From: Paraspadella gotoi
Lineage: Eukaryota > Animalia > Chaetognatha
DNA length: 64,000 bases
Direction of reading: 5' to 3'
Assembly (NCBI GenBank): GCA_051294375.1
Contig: CM119270.1
Coordinates: 18,843,546 to 18,907,545 of the forward strand
The first letter of the stretch is position 1. Every line of letters starts with the position of its first letter. A program made the position numbers and the translations under genes. The notes under the pieces are model-generated. The model did no database searches, was not told where the DNA came from, and worked only from the letters and a program-made list of their open reading frames with translations. This document shows, one piece after another, positions 47,281-60,831 of this stretch.

Positions 47281-48721
47281 GATTGTCGTTGTTGTTGTGG
47301 TCGATGACGATGTCGATTGGACAAGGGCGGTTGTTTGTTATTGTTATTGTCAAAAGACAAGGAGCGTGATTCCTGAGATTAATTTAGTGAGTGATGCGAT
47401 TCGCGTGAAAAAAAAATTTCGAGCGACGGTGAGTGACATTGAAGGCGACGAGCTGTGATTGTGCGGCGAAGATGAAAAGGGCGAAGTGACGACGATGACG
47501 ACGATGACGATGATGATGATGAGGATGATCTTATTTCGATTTTCCTTCTCTTTCTTCGCCTCACATTTTCGTCTTCTTCGTGAAGAGAGATTCTTCTCTC
47601 CTCGTCTTGCTCATAATCCTCTCGGAGTCGAGTTTGAATGAAAATCATAAAACTCGATCGAGACGGAGACGGTCGGGATTTTTGTCGTCGTCGTTGTTGT
47701 CGTCCACGTTTTTGTGGTTCATAGCGAATTGGCAGTGTTTCTTCGTTCAAAAGCAAAATTCGTTCCTTTTTTTATGATGATGAAGATGATGAGGATGATG
47801 ATTAGTTTTCACGCGTTTTTGATGATAAATGAGTTGCGATGATTGATGAGAATTTTCTTGGGGGGAAAAAGAAAGAAAAACAAAAGACCTGAAATAGAAA
47901 AGAATTGATTGGATTTGATTTGATTGATTGATTGGTTTATTGGAAGCGTTTGACGCCATTTATTTTATTGATTTGTTCGTTGTGAAGTTATTTATTTGAT
48001 GGAGTAGATTTAATTTGACTTGAGTGATCTTATTTATTTGATTTTTTTAAATTTGATTAATTTAATTGATTGATTTGCTTTAATTGATATGAAGTATTGG
48101 ATTAAACTAATTGCTTCGTGATTTGTTTGAATGAATATATTAAAAAAGAACGAAAGAACAATAGAAAAAAGTTCGGTCTTTCGAAACGACATCTCTTTCA
48201 CTCTTTACGTCCCGCAGAACTAATTAAGATTTCGAACAAAAAGTCAATAAGTCAAACAGACGCGCCCTTCGACGCCGCTAAGGTGTTTCTCCGCTTTGCT
48301 TATATGCTGCTCGACTCTGCGCTGCTCTGCGCTGCTCTGCGCGGCTCTGCGCAGCGTTATGGTGTTATGGTTATTCCGTTTGCGTCTCGCGTCATGAAAA
48401 TCGACGTTACGGTTCGTTATGTTCGAGAGACAAAAGGAAGAAGTGGGGAAGGAGAGAAGGACAGAAAGAGAAGAAAGAGAAAGAGAGAAGGAGACAAAGA
48501 AAATAAAAGAGGGAGAAGAAAGAGAAAGAGAGAAGGAGACAAAGAAAATAAAAGAAGTAGAAGAAAGACTGAAAAGAAATAAATAGAGGAAAGAAGGAGA
48601 CAAGGAGCTAAAGAGAAGGAGAGAAGATAATAGAGAGAAGAAGGCGTGGAGAGAAGTAGAGTGTGAAGAGAAACAACGAAAAGCGAAAGACTTTGAAACA
48701 ATGGACGGAAATGAAGGCAAA

Positions 48722-48773
<52 letters not shown>

Positions 48774-49483
48774 TACAAACGAATTCATGAAGAAAGGAAA
48801 TGAGAGTAGCCGAGACACTGGGGATTACGATAACGATAACGATAACTTGACGAGTATAAAATCACAATACAATATTTTAACAACAACCACAATTGCTTTA
48901 CTACGACGACGAAGAGGTCCGCAAGATGTTGGAAAATGCCAAATAAAGAATCAGAGAGAGAGCTTTCGAGTCAGAATCGATAAAATAATCACAAAATCAC
49001 AAAAAAAAAAAAAAATATATTGACAAAATTCAGCGACAAATTTTTTTTCTTCTTTTTGATTCGATTTAATCTACGTTAGAGACGCGGAGCCGAGGTTAGC
49101 GCCTCTGGCGGAGAAAAGGAAAAAGAGAAAAAAAAGGGAATCTGTCCCCCGGATGTGACCTGAAAATCGAACTCAGGGATGTAACCTGAGCCTGTGGAAG
49201 GAGAGACGTGGACGCGCTGTCGAAATGGAATCAATTTTTGCGACCTAAATTCCAGCGGAAATCCGGGGAAAAGATTGAGAGAGAGAGGAAAGAGAGAAGA
49301 GAGAGAGAAAGAGAGGAGAGAAGAGAGAGATGAGAGAAGAGAGAGAGAAAGAGAGAGAGAGAGAGAACTATCCGATGGGACTCATTCGTAAGGAGTGAAG
49401 ACTTCCGCAATGAATATGAGATTCTCTAAGCAGATGAGAGATGAGAGAGGAGAGAGAAAGTAGAAACCTTAAGATGTTGAGAC

Positions 49484-49539
<56 letters not shown>

Positions 49540-49585
49540 AGAGACGAGAGATTAGAGAAGTAGGAGAGAGATGAGAGAGAGAGTA

Positions 49586-49637
<52 letters not shown>

Positions 49638-50153
49638 AAAAAACTGCCTGGAGTCACGCGAATCCAAAGTGAATCGAAATAAATCACAGCTGGACTTCGC
49701 GATTAAAAAGAGAGAAGAGAGATTTTGATTTTGTTCGTTGAAGAGAAAAACGAGGGATTTTTTCTTTTTCCTTTTTTCTTCTTTTTTTTGAAAATCGATT
49801 TTTGAGAAAAAATAAAAACAGAATTCAGAATCAGGAAATGAATGAGGTTTTTTAAAAAGATGAATCAGGTTTTATATGTTTGCTTTCCTAAATGAATACG
49901 AATTGTTTTTTTAAGAATTGATACAAGAAAAATTGTTTTTCAAACACAACGGAAGTGAAAGGAAAACTATCGAAGAATTAATACATATGATAAACATATT
50001 AAACTTGTGAATACTTCCGCGTTTATTGTCAAACTGTGAACGAAATTTTGAAAGATACTGTCGGAAATAAGTTTTTTTAAATATATGTTTGTATGTTTGT
50101 AATATTAACTATATGAAAATTATTGCCAAATTACCAAAAGATTTCATCGTCAG

Positions 50154-50394
50154 TCGCGAGTCGGATTCCTGAACGACGAAGATGTGAAGAAAGGAATTTG
50201 AAGTTCGGAGAAACGGAAGAAAGATAGAGATAGAGAGGATTGATAAAGAGAGGAAAAAAGATAGAGATAGAGAGGATTGATAAAGAGAGGAAGAAAGATA
50301 GAGATAGAGAGGAAATATAAAGAGAGGAAGAAATACGGAGAGAGAGAGATGCTCATGAGTTCGACTACGAAGGCGGCCAAAAGGGCGAGAGTAA

Positions 50395-50486
<92 letters not shown>

Positions 50487-51960
50487 ATCAGAGATATGAG
50501 CAACGGAACGAGGACGTCACGATGACGGCGGAAGTAAGTCAATGAGGGACGCGGAGGCGGGGTGAGGAATAAAGAGGGCGTGGCCTAAGAGGATGAGTGA
50601 GGACTTGAAAAGGGTAAGGTGGGGAATAAAGAGGGCGTGGCTGAGAGGATGAGTGATGGGTAAGGTCGAACGTCTGGATGAGATGAGGTCTGGGGATTTG
50701 AGTTTGTTTGAAAGCTACGGAGTAAGTTGTGCTGGAGATTAAGAGGTGAAGGTTTGAGAAGATTTGGAGGAAAAGGTGAGTAAAGATACAGGCTCTGGTT
50801 TAGAACTTTTTCGAGGTAAGCGAATGAACAACGAGATCGAAGATTATGAGGGTAAGGCCATTGGTCTTGTGAAAAGTGAGCCTCGAGGGTAAGTGAAGGA
50901 CGAGACCTTAGAAATGGGTGAGGCGATTGAAGAGGAAAGAAGGAAAGAAAAGAAAAGAGAAAAAGTAAATCGAAAAGGAGGAGAGAAATCGTTAAAAGGA
51001 AAAATAAAAAGATGGAAAAGAAAAAAAAAGGAAAAAAGGGTTTAAAGAGGCGATTAGAGTCGAAGAGACCAAAAAAGGAGGAAGAGAAAAAAGAAGATAA
51101 AAAAGGAAAAAGAGGAAAGAGATAAAGATCGATGGATGGAGGAAGAGGAAAAGGAGGAAAAAGAGGAAATGAGATAAGAAAGTGGAGGAAGAAATAGTAA
51201 TTTGGAACAAGATAGGAAAAGTAAAGAGAAAACTAAAGAGAAGAGAAAAGAAAACAGGAAAGAGTAAACAAAAAATTAATTAGCGTAAATTTAATTGATA
51301 TAATTTAATTGTACAGTTTTATATTCATCAGCTGAAGTGGAAACGTGGATGGGCGTGGCGGACGACATCCGGTCTGAAAACTTGAAAGGGATTTTGGACT
51401 CTCTGGACGGCAGGGTCAGAGATCTGGACGAAAAAAAGTACAGTCGAGACCGGTTCTAACTAATACGTATAAACTTCCCTTTGAAATGATTCGAAATCGA
51501 AGGAATTTAAATGTTGAGCTTTTCTCGGAAATGATTTATTGATAGGAGACAAATCTCCGTCGTGCATGAGTCAACCTGAAACCCGAAGCCATTTTGAGGA
51601 GGAAAAATGTCACATTTGAGTTATTTATCACTTTTGTCGATAAAAAGGGACTCGACTGTATTAGGGTCTCCGATAAAAACTCGACCTTTCAAGTTTTTTT
51701 TATCTTTTTCTTTTCTTATTTTCTTCTCTTTTTTTCTTTTCTTTTCTTTTCTTTTCTTTTCTTGTCCGAGATGCTCCATCGATTTTTTCGAAAGGGGCAG
51801 CGCGGCGGCAGCCTTTGCGAGCAAAAGCAGGAAGGTCCAGGCTCCGTGCCGCGCGGGCTGAAAAGAGGGTCCGGTGCCCCTCGTGGATAGGGATCCGGAG
51901 CCCGAACGGAGGACGCGGCTGCCGTGCCCGAGAGGTCGTGGGGTCAAAGACGAAACATCG
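50154..51960 (+). CDS. Possible exons of an unidentified plus-strand gene (also present in the 60.0-62.4 kb copy)
   Basis: Coding-like blocks with splice signals, e.g. catcag|CT EVETWMGVADDIRSENLKGILDSLDGRVRDLDEK|gta (51332-51437), ..NEDVTMTAE|gtaag, and CSIDFFERGSAAAAF.. (51770-51960). Noisy, no recognisable domain. Confidence 0.3.
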
Positions 51961-53594
51961 GTGACTTGTTTGAAGGGAAAGGAAAAGAAAAGGGAGGAAA
52001 GAGGAGGAGGAAGAGGAAGAGGAAGAAGGGGGGGGGGAGAGAAGGAAGGAAATAAAATGGGGTAAAGGTGAAAACGGTAAAAAGGGTAGAGGTAGAGTAA
52101 AAAGGTGACAAAGAAGGGAGGCTGCAAAGAAAATATTAAAATAGAGAGGACGTAAGAAACAAGTGAAAAAACGAGGAACAATAATCGGAGAACCGTTGAA
52201 CAAAGGAAAAAGAGGAGGTTAGGAGAAGAAAAGAGGTAGATGTACCCGAATAGAGACGAACCGGGCTCAAGCGTAGGGCTGGACGTTGCGAGCAAATGTA
52301 CCCTAAACGATGTAAAACGGGAACGAGAGAATGTCGGGGACAGAACACGTGCCATTTCTTCTTCTTTTCTCCATTTCTCTTTTGCCATTCTCTTCTCTCT
52401 TTCCATTTTCCGGGAAATTTCACAGATTTAAATGCCATAAAAAAACAAATCCGCGAGCCACTACCTCGCTAATTCGCCAGTCGCGGCGACTCGACCCCCA
52501 AAAGTTTTTTCTTCTTTCCTTTTTTATTTTTTTTTCCCGTTTTTTTTCTTTTCATTTGTTTTCTCGTTTTGTTTTGTTTTGTAAAGGAATAATAGAAATC
52601 CATATTGTCCGAGAGAGGATTCTAAAAACGCTCAACATCTGTTTTATTTGATTTATTTCGCTTTTTTTTTCAACTCTCTTCTCAGTTCCGTTGGAGAGTT
52701 TCTTTGTTACTACTCTTTCACTTTTTTCACCTTTTTCACTTTTTCACTTTTTCACTTTTTCTTTAACTTTCGAGTAATAGCTCCACTTTAACCCTTTCAC
52801 CCCCCACCCCCTTCTCCCTTCCTCTCCTCTTCGCTTCCGTCGACGTCCGAAAAGAGGAAAAGAAAATTTATGTGACGTTGGGCGAATAAAACTGGCCACC
52901 TTGGTTAGCGGCCCCGCCCGGCTGTAAATAGCCCCGTCATTCCGGAAAATATCCCCGGACGCGGCGGCCGCCCTGTAAATAAGCCTCTTTCACCTTGGCC
53001 GTCATTCCTCTCACCTTTTATCCTGGGATGGTGAAAGTTTGGTGAGAGTGAATTTCCGGTTTCATGGTGCAAAAGTGGATTCTATGGCGCGAGAGAGAGC
53101 TTTTCTCAGAAATGCGCAAGAGATGTAGGTTTCAGTGTTGCGTCTTTCCTTTGCAAAATTTAATGTTTTCCATTAAATTTTCTACTTCCTTGTCCTTTTT
53201 TCATATCTTCTTTGTTCATATTTATTTTTATTGAATCTTTTTTTCTTTTCCATATATTCATACCATTTATCCTTTTCCTTTCCCTTTTCCTTTCATATTC
53301 CATCAACCGAATCGCTCTCCTATTATTATTCGTCCCTTTCCTTCCTTCCCAACTCAGTAATCATGACCGGTGCTCATTCACGCCTCGCGATTCTCATTAA
53401 TGCTTCGAAAATAATCAAGCTGATTATCGTTTTTATTATGGGTTCGACTCTTTACCTTATCACAATCTCTCGCCTCTCACCGCCCACGGACTCACGACGG
53501 TTTCACCTTCACATTCACCGTGAATCCACCCACTCTCTCTATCCTTCTCTCTTCTTTCTCTTTCTCCTCCTCTCTCTTCCTCTCTCTCTCTCTC

Positions 53595-53661
<67 letters not shown>

Positions 53662-53894
53662 CTCGCCTACTCCTTGACGACGACTTATAATGAATTCATG
53701 ATTTTTCCCTGGCCTATTCACGGCCCATCGCTCCAGCTGCAATTTGTTGATTTTTAATTTCAAATTTTCATCGTTTCTTAATTTATATCTGGTTAAAATT
53801 AAGGGTTTAAGAATTAAAAAACGGAAATTCAATATTCGAATTCCATGTTGGCAGCAGCCGCGAACTTTAAATTAACTTACCTTCGATTAACATC

Positions 53895-54160
53895 GTGAAC
53901 ACAATTCCTTTTTCCTCCACAACTGCACAAACAATCGCCTTTTCCAACCCACAAAATGCCACCGACAATCCCTTTTCCACCAAAAATGCCACCACAATCC
54001 TTTTTTTCCACCCACAAATTCCACACAATCTCTTTTTCTACACAAATGCCACCAACAATCCTTTTTCCACCACAAATTCCACAATCAAATGCCACCACAA
54101 TCCCTTTTTCCACCACAAATGCCACCACAATCCCATTTTTCACCACAAATGCACCACAAA
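53895..54160. repeat. About 30-bp minisatellite (cacaaatgccaccacaatccctttttccac), about 8-9 copies
   Basis: Directly visible tandem units without unique spacers. Confidence 0.9.
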
Positions 54161-54399
54161 ATCTCTGTCTCCAACTCGCAAACTCGTCCCGATCCGATTC
54201 ACTTTGACTTTGGGGTCAACACTCGATCTCAAGATCTTTGGCGCCGTCTTTATCTCCGCGCTCTTTTCCATTTTTGCGCCAGTGACGCCGTTTTCTTTTC
54301 CGTTCAAAGGCCCGTTTGAAGAGACCTCATCCCCAAGCCCGCTTAACTCACCAGCACCCACCCAATTCATTTGCGTTCATAAAAATCAAACTTTTTTTT

Positions 54400-55510
54400 C
54401 TCTTTTTCTTTTATACTTTTTTTTCTTTCAGATTTATTTTTATTTTTCCTTATCTCCTTTTATATTGACTCTTTCCTTACTTTTCTCCTATATCTTTATT
54501 TTTCACCTTCTCTTTTACCCTTTCTATCTGCTTTTTAATTTCTTCTCTCTCTTCCCTTTTTCTTTTCTTTTCTTCCTCTCATTCCTTCTCTTCTCCTTCT
54601 CCCGTTTGTTGCTCTCTCTTTTAATTTCGACTTGCCCTCTTCTCTTTGACGCCCCTTCAATCACATATTTCGCTGCGTATTTGGCTCCGCCCACTTTCTT
54701 TTCCCTTCTCTCTCTTTTTTTCTCTTCTTCTCTTCTCTTCTCTTCTTTTTTTTCTCTTCTTCTTCGCTTCTCTTCTCTCTTCTTCTCTTAATCTGCCCTC
54801 ATCATTTCATTGCTCCTTTTCCTCTCCTTCGCGCCCTTTGATTTTTATAGTTTAGTCCGGGCTTGTCTCCGTTTATTTTCTTTCCTTTCCTCCTTTTACT
54901 TCTTTCTTTTCTTCCTTATACTTTTCTGGCATTCCTCCCATTTACTTTCTTTCCTTCACTCCCTCTTTGCTTTCTTTCCTTTCCTCCCTTTTACTTTCTT
55001 TTCTTTACTCCCTTTTACTTTCTTTTCCTTCCTTCCTTATATCTTCTTCCTTTCCTCCCGTATACTTTCTTTCTTCTTCCTTACACTTCTTTCCATTCCT
55101 TCATTTACATTCTTTTTCTTCCCACCCTCTTTGCTTTCTTCTTTTCCTCCCTTTTACTATCTTCCTTAGCTCTCTTTTACTTTTTATTCTTTTCTCGTTT
55201 CCTCCTTATTACTTTCTTTCCTTTCCTCCCTTTTACTTTCTTTCCTTTCCTCCCTTATACTTTCTTTTCCTTACTCCCTTTTTACTTTCTTTTCTTTTCC
55301 TTTTATATTTCTTTCCTTTCCTCCCTTTTGATCTTTTCTTCCCTCCCTTTTACTTTCTTTCCTTTCCTCCTCTTTTATTTTCTTTTCTTCCTCCTATCTT
55401 CCTTTTTACTTTCTTTTCCTTTCCTCCATATTCTTTCTTTCATTTTCTCTTTTCCTCCTTTTAACTTTCTTTCTTTCCTCCTTTTACTTTCTCTCCTTTC
55501 CTCTCTTCAC
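54400..55510. repeat. Long polypyrimidine low-complexity tract with an approximately 22-nt sub-repeat (cctcccttttactttctttc)
   Basis: About 1.1 kb with very few G on the + strand. Confidence 0.9.
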
Positions 55511-55649
55511 CTTTTGACTCGGGCCGGGTTTCCTTCTCGTCCCCGGATTTATACCAAGAGGGAAGATTTTCCACGGTCCAAGAATTCTCGAGTCGTATTC
55601 CATTTTAACATCGGAAAAGAGAGAGAGAGATGAGAGAGAGGGAGCGAGT

Positions 55650-55683
<34 letters not shown>

Positions 55684-55818
55684 AAAGAGAGAGAGAGAGA
55701 GAGAAAAGAGAGGAGAGAAAGAGAGAGAAAGAGAGAGAGAGAGTAAACGTATTCCATGGGTACTTCATGATCGTTAAAGAAACTTCGCAATGACAATAAA
55801 TGCATCGATGACTTCGTC

Positions 55819-55850
<32 letters not shown>

Positions 55851-55857
55851 GAAGGAG

Positions 55858-55901
<44 letters not shown>

Positions 55902-57509
55902 ACGAGAGATAGAGAGAGATGATAGGAGGGAGAGAAAGCAGAGGACAGAAGAGAGCGTGTTGTATTTGGTTTATTTTCGTAAACCGTACGCCCCTATCGC
56001 TCTCTTCCTCGTTCACCCTTCGGCTCTGCAAAAAGCCGTTCCAATCCACCGGAAAGCGAAATTTGCTCATCCGCATACAAGGATCAGGGGCCAGTATTTG
56101 TCAACGCGTCCTAGTTTGTGCCACTGGCGTCGTACGTACGCAAGTCATGTTGTCCGCCGTAGTTTCGCGCGTCGTTCCATCTGTTTTGCCACGGACTTCA
56201 ATGCTTCCATTTGTTGCGCATTGTGTCAGTTGCGTCATTTTCTGAGGCGTCTATTCATCAACTCCACGGCCTTCAACGGCATTTTGCCGCCAGTCTTTCG
56301 CATACCGCTCATTTGCCGCCACTCTCCTGGCGCCACCCCCCCCCCACACGCCACCGCGCCACCGCCCGCAAGCAGCAACTCGCGCCGAGTTCATCAACTG
56401 GCCCCCCATTTGCTTCTGCGACGCTGCCTGACTCCAATTTCTTTCCGTCAACACTGATGCGCTACGACCTTCTGCAAGGATGGAATCCACGTGTGATGCG
56501 TCGGAACCCAATCTAGTACAGATTTTTAACCAATTATTTTTTATTATCCTTAGAAATAAATTTATTCATATTCGTTGAATCAATTAGCTTTTTTAACATT
56601 CTATCCTCTAAATCTCATTTGCAGTAATAGCAGCATAATGCGGCACAGGTTCAACCCATGGCATCTCTTCATTTTACTGTCAAAATAACTTTGATTGTTT
56701 TTAAAATATCTGATTTAGTTATAAAATAATATTTATCTTTTCATCGACAATGTTTTGAAGAACTCATTACTTATATACAATTCACCATAAATAATATAAT
56801 AAAGCCTATTTTACTATTCGGTTGCACTATATGTATTTTAAACTGCACGGGCCCAGAACTTAACAATTTCCAAGAAATTCTTTTCTGTTCAGTTAATAAA
56901 AAAATAGATCCTCTCAATGAATTCCCAAGTCTTTAACCAGTTTAATTGTTAATCAGTCTTATAGTTCCCACTTACTTGACGTTGATGGTGCAGGATTGTG
57001 CCACCGTGGATTCCGCCCACCTGGATTTCTACCCAATAGGATTGGGCCATATAATTGCGGTCATATATTTTTTCGCCCACATAGGTTCCGCCACATATGA
57101 TTTGCCCACTAAGTCTATCACATCTCATATATACTTACTGATACTTCTCCTCATATCAGTAATTCTTCGCGAATCAAGGGATACCATTCGCCAATCAATA
57201 CGACCTCACTTCGCCAATCATAATCCTTCGCAAATCACTGCTCTTTCTCTTCGTCACATCAATTGCTACTCTTAGCCAATCAGTATCCTTCGCCAATCAC
57301 ACTGCATCCCCGCCTTAGCCATCAACCAAACTACCTGAACGCGATTGATCGACGACCGGAAATACGAGAGACTCGATGAAAGGAGGGAGTAGAGAGGAGG
57401 AGGAGGAGGAGGAAGAGAAATCGAGAAGAGGAACGAAAGAGAAAAGAGAAGGATAAAAGAGAAAAGGGGGGGGCGAGAGGGGGGGAGAGAGAGGCGCGAT
57501 TCGCGAGAG

Positions 57510-57710
57510 GTCAGGATGTGGAATTCAATGGAGAGACCAGGATGTAATTTCAAAAGACGTGATGTAATTTGAAAGGACCAGCATGGAATTGCAAAAGACA
57601 AGGATGTAATTCCAAAAGACCGGCATTATTTCAAAAGACTAGGATGGATTGGACAGATCAGAATGTATCTTGCAAAATACCAGAATGTAAATTGATAGAC
57701 GGATTGTGAC
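57510..57710. repeat. Degenerate approximately 22-bp minisatellite (ccaggatgtaatttcaaaaga)
   Basis: About 9 decaying tandem units. Confidence 0.8.
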
Positions 57711-58190
57711 TGGACTTAGGCAACGATTTCTCGTTCTTCTAATGGTCATCTTGGGGCCGAAGGATTTGCGAAGAGAAAAGGAGAAGGAGCAGTGAATAGA
57801 TTTAGAGGGAGGCTGTGAATCTCGCTCTCTATCTCGCTAGAAGAGACGATGATTAATAATTGGAGAGATTTCGAATGATTGAAAGGCTCTTCCGACGATT
57901 AAATCTCTCCTGGACCAAAGAGAGAGACGAGAAGGGAGAGAGAGAGACGAGAGAAGAGGAGAGGAGGGAGGAGGGAGAGAGAGAAGCGATGAGAGAGAGG
58001 AGATGAGTGGACAGAAAGAAAGAGAAGAATAGGAGAGAGAGGAGGAAGAGAGAGAGGGAGAAGGAGGATTGGTAAGGAAAGGAGAGTAAGGTAAGTTGAA
58101 AGTTGCGTTAGAAAGGTAAGGAAGGAAGGCGGGCGGCGGGTGAAAAGTCGGAGAGTGAGGGAGAGTACTTACCTACCCTGGGTTAGGGCG

Positions 58191-59264
58191 AGGGAGAGAA
58201 AGGTTCAAGCGGAGAGTAAATAAAGAGGAGTGTGAAGTAGATGTGAAAATGGTCATTTTAAGGGCGGGAGTGAAATGAGGTCAAAGAAGTGAGGTTTAGA
58301 GAGTGAGTTGAGAGGAAGATAGGGAAAATGAAAGATGAGAAGGTAAATAGGTTATAAAATGACTACAGGGGTAGAAAAAAGGGTAAAAAATGGAAATAGC
58401 TTGAAGGGAAGAGGTAAGTTCAGGGTAAGGGCGAAGCTTTATTAAGTTCATTAAACTCGGAAGCGTCCACACGAGAAAAGTAAGATCTGCGGCCAGCGCT
58501 GACCTTACCCATCTCTTCGTACCCACACGGCTCTCACAGCCCTTTGCCTGCCCTTTCGAAACCCAAACGGCTGTTCTCTAGCGGCCTTGCCTTACTCTAA
58601 AATCCCGTCTACTCGATCTTGTAACCTTCATTTACCCAACGACGCTCTTCTCTCACGAAAACGACCACTTCTCCTCGGAATTAATCAAAAACCACCCCAC
58701 CCCACCACCCACCTCTTTCTCGTAAATTCCGTCTCATCTTCTTTCCCGGACTTTTCTACCCTAGAAATCTTTTAATTATGATTCTGATTCAGTGTGGGCG
58801 ACGACGACGACGACGACGACGATAACAACAACAAACGTCCCTCGTGTCTCCATCCAAAATACGCGATCTCTCTCTCTCTATCTCTCTCTCTCTCTCTCAT
58901 CTCTCTCTCTTCTCTCTCTCATCTCTCTCTCCTCTCTCTCTCTCTCTCTTTTCTCTTTACCCTCTGTCTCCTCCGCTGGCCTGAACTCACTCTATCGCCA
59001 CCCCCCCACACCAAACAACAAACAGAGACAGAGACAACGAAGACGCGCCTTCCTTCTTTCAGATTCAAATTAGCGCCCATGAATTTTTTTTTTTTGCGTG
59101 GGCTCTTCTTCTCTATCTTTTCGGAAATTTCTGATTTCTAGAGAGAGAGAGAGAGAGAGAGAAGAGAGATGAGAGAGAGAGAGAATATCTCCGTCACGCC
59201 GGGAGGATTAAAGGGAAGCGAAAATCTTGTTTTGGTGAAGAAGAAAAATTGAAATGCAACCGGA

Positions 59265-59315
<51 letters not shown>

Positions 59316-59595
59316 TGGAGAGAATGCAACCGGCCTCCTTTTTTTATTTTTCTCATCAAAGAAACGAATAAAAAGAGGCGAAAAGGAGAGAGAGGGAGAT
59401 AAATTAATTAAATTTCCAAAAAGTGACAAAAGCTCAAAAAAAAAAAAAAAGAAAAATAAAAGAAATGCAGAAAAGGAGAGAATAAAAAAAGGGAGACATA
59501 AATTCGAGCATCCGCAAAATTTTTTCTCTCAATGTTTTCTTTCCAGATTAATTTTTGTTTATTTTTCAAGTTTTGACAACTTTTACACTTTCTTA

Positions 59596-59648
<53 letters not shown>

Positions 59649-59970
59649 GCTCTTCTCTCTCCCTCCCTCCTTTCCATTTTAAAAACTGACCCATAAACTC
59701 ACTTTCTCCTCCATAACGATCCAACCTTACTTCCCAAACCATCTCTTCTTCTTCTTCCTCCTCTTCTTCTTCTTTTTTCTTTTTCTTCTTNNNNNNNNNN
59801 NNNNNNNNNNNNNNNAAAAAAAAATTCATGGGCGCTAATTTGAATCTGAAAGAGGAAGGCGCGTCTTCGTTGTCTCTGTCTCTGTCGTTGTTTGGTGTGG
59901 GNNNNNNNNNNNNNNNNNNNNNNNNNAAGAGAGAGATTGGGTCAGTTTTTAAAATGGAAAGGAGGAGGAG

Positions 59971-60017
<47 letters not shown>

Positions 60018-60799
60018 AAAAAACCTGCCTGGAAGTAACGCGAATCCAAAGTGAAATCGAAATAAATCACAGCTGGACTTCGCGATTAAAAGAGAGAAGA
60101 GAGGATTTTGATTTTGTTCGTGAAAGAGAAAAACGAGGGATTTTTTCTTTTTCACTTTTTTCTTCTTTTTTTGAAAATCGATTTTTGAGAAAAATAAACC
60201 AGAAATTCAGAATCAGGGAAAATGAATGATGGTTTTTTAAAAAAGATGAATCAGGTTTTATATGTTTGCTTCCTAAATGAATACGAATTGTTTTTTTAAG
60301 AAATTGATACAAGAAAAATTGTTTTTCAAACACAACGAAGTGAAAGGAAAAACTATCGAGAATTATAACATATGAATAAACATATTAAACTTGTGAATAC
60401 TTCCGCGTTTATTGTCAAAACTGTGAACGAAATTTGAAAGATACTGGTCGGAAAATAAGTTTTTTTAATATCATGTTGTATGTTTTGTAATATTAACTAT
60501 ATGAAAATATTGCCAATTACCAAAAGATTTCATCGTCAGTCGCGAGTCGGATTCCCTGAACGACGAAGATGTGAAGAAGGAATTTGAAGTTCGGAGAAAC
60601 GGAAGAAAGATAGAGATAGAGAGGATTGATAACGAGAGGAAAAAAGATAGAGATAGAGAGGGATTGAAAAGAGAGAAGAAAGATAGAGATAGAAGAGGAT
60701 AATTAAAAGAGAGGAAGAAAATACGGAGAGAGAGAGATGCTCATGAGTTCGACTACGAAGGCGGCCAAAAGGGCGAGAGTAAGATGGAAGTAGAGAGAC

Positions 60800-60831
<32 letters not shown>

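Noticed and set aside
53895-54160. CRISPR-like array (also 39451-39580 and 57510-57710)
   Set aside because: Head-to-tail minisatellites without unique spacers, in a eukaryotic intron-containing context with no cas genes.
55960-56520. Coding exon or LINE remnant (WVPTH and WQNRWND on the minus strand)
   Set aside because: Only two short motifs in different broken frames; cannot be supported without a profile search.
58500-58860. Minus-strand exons (METEGRLLLL.../ INSEEVVDFVRE...)
   Set aside because: The two noisy copies disagree on frame and no domain is recognisable; left uncalled.
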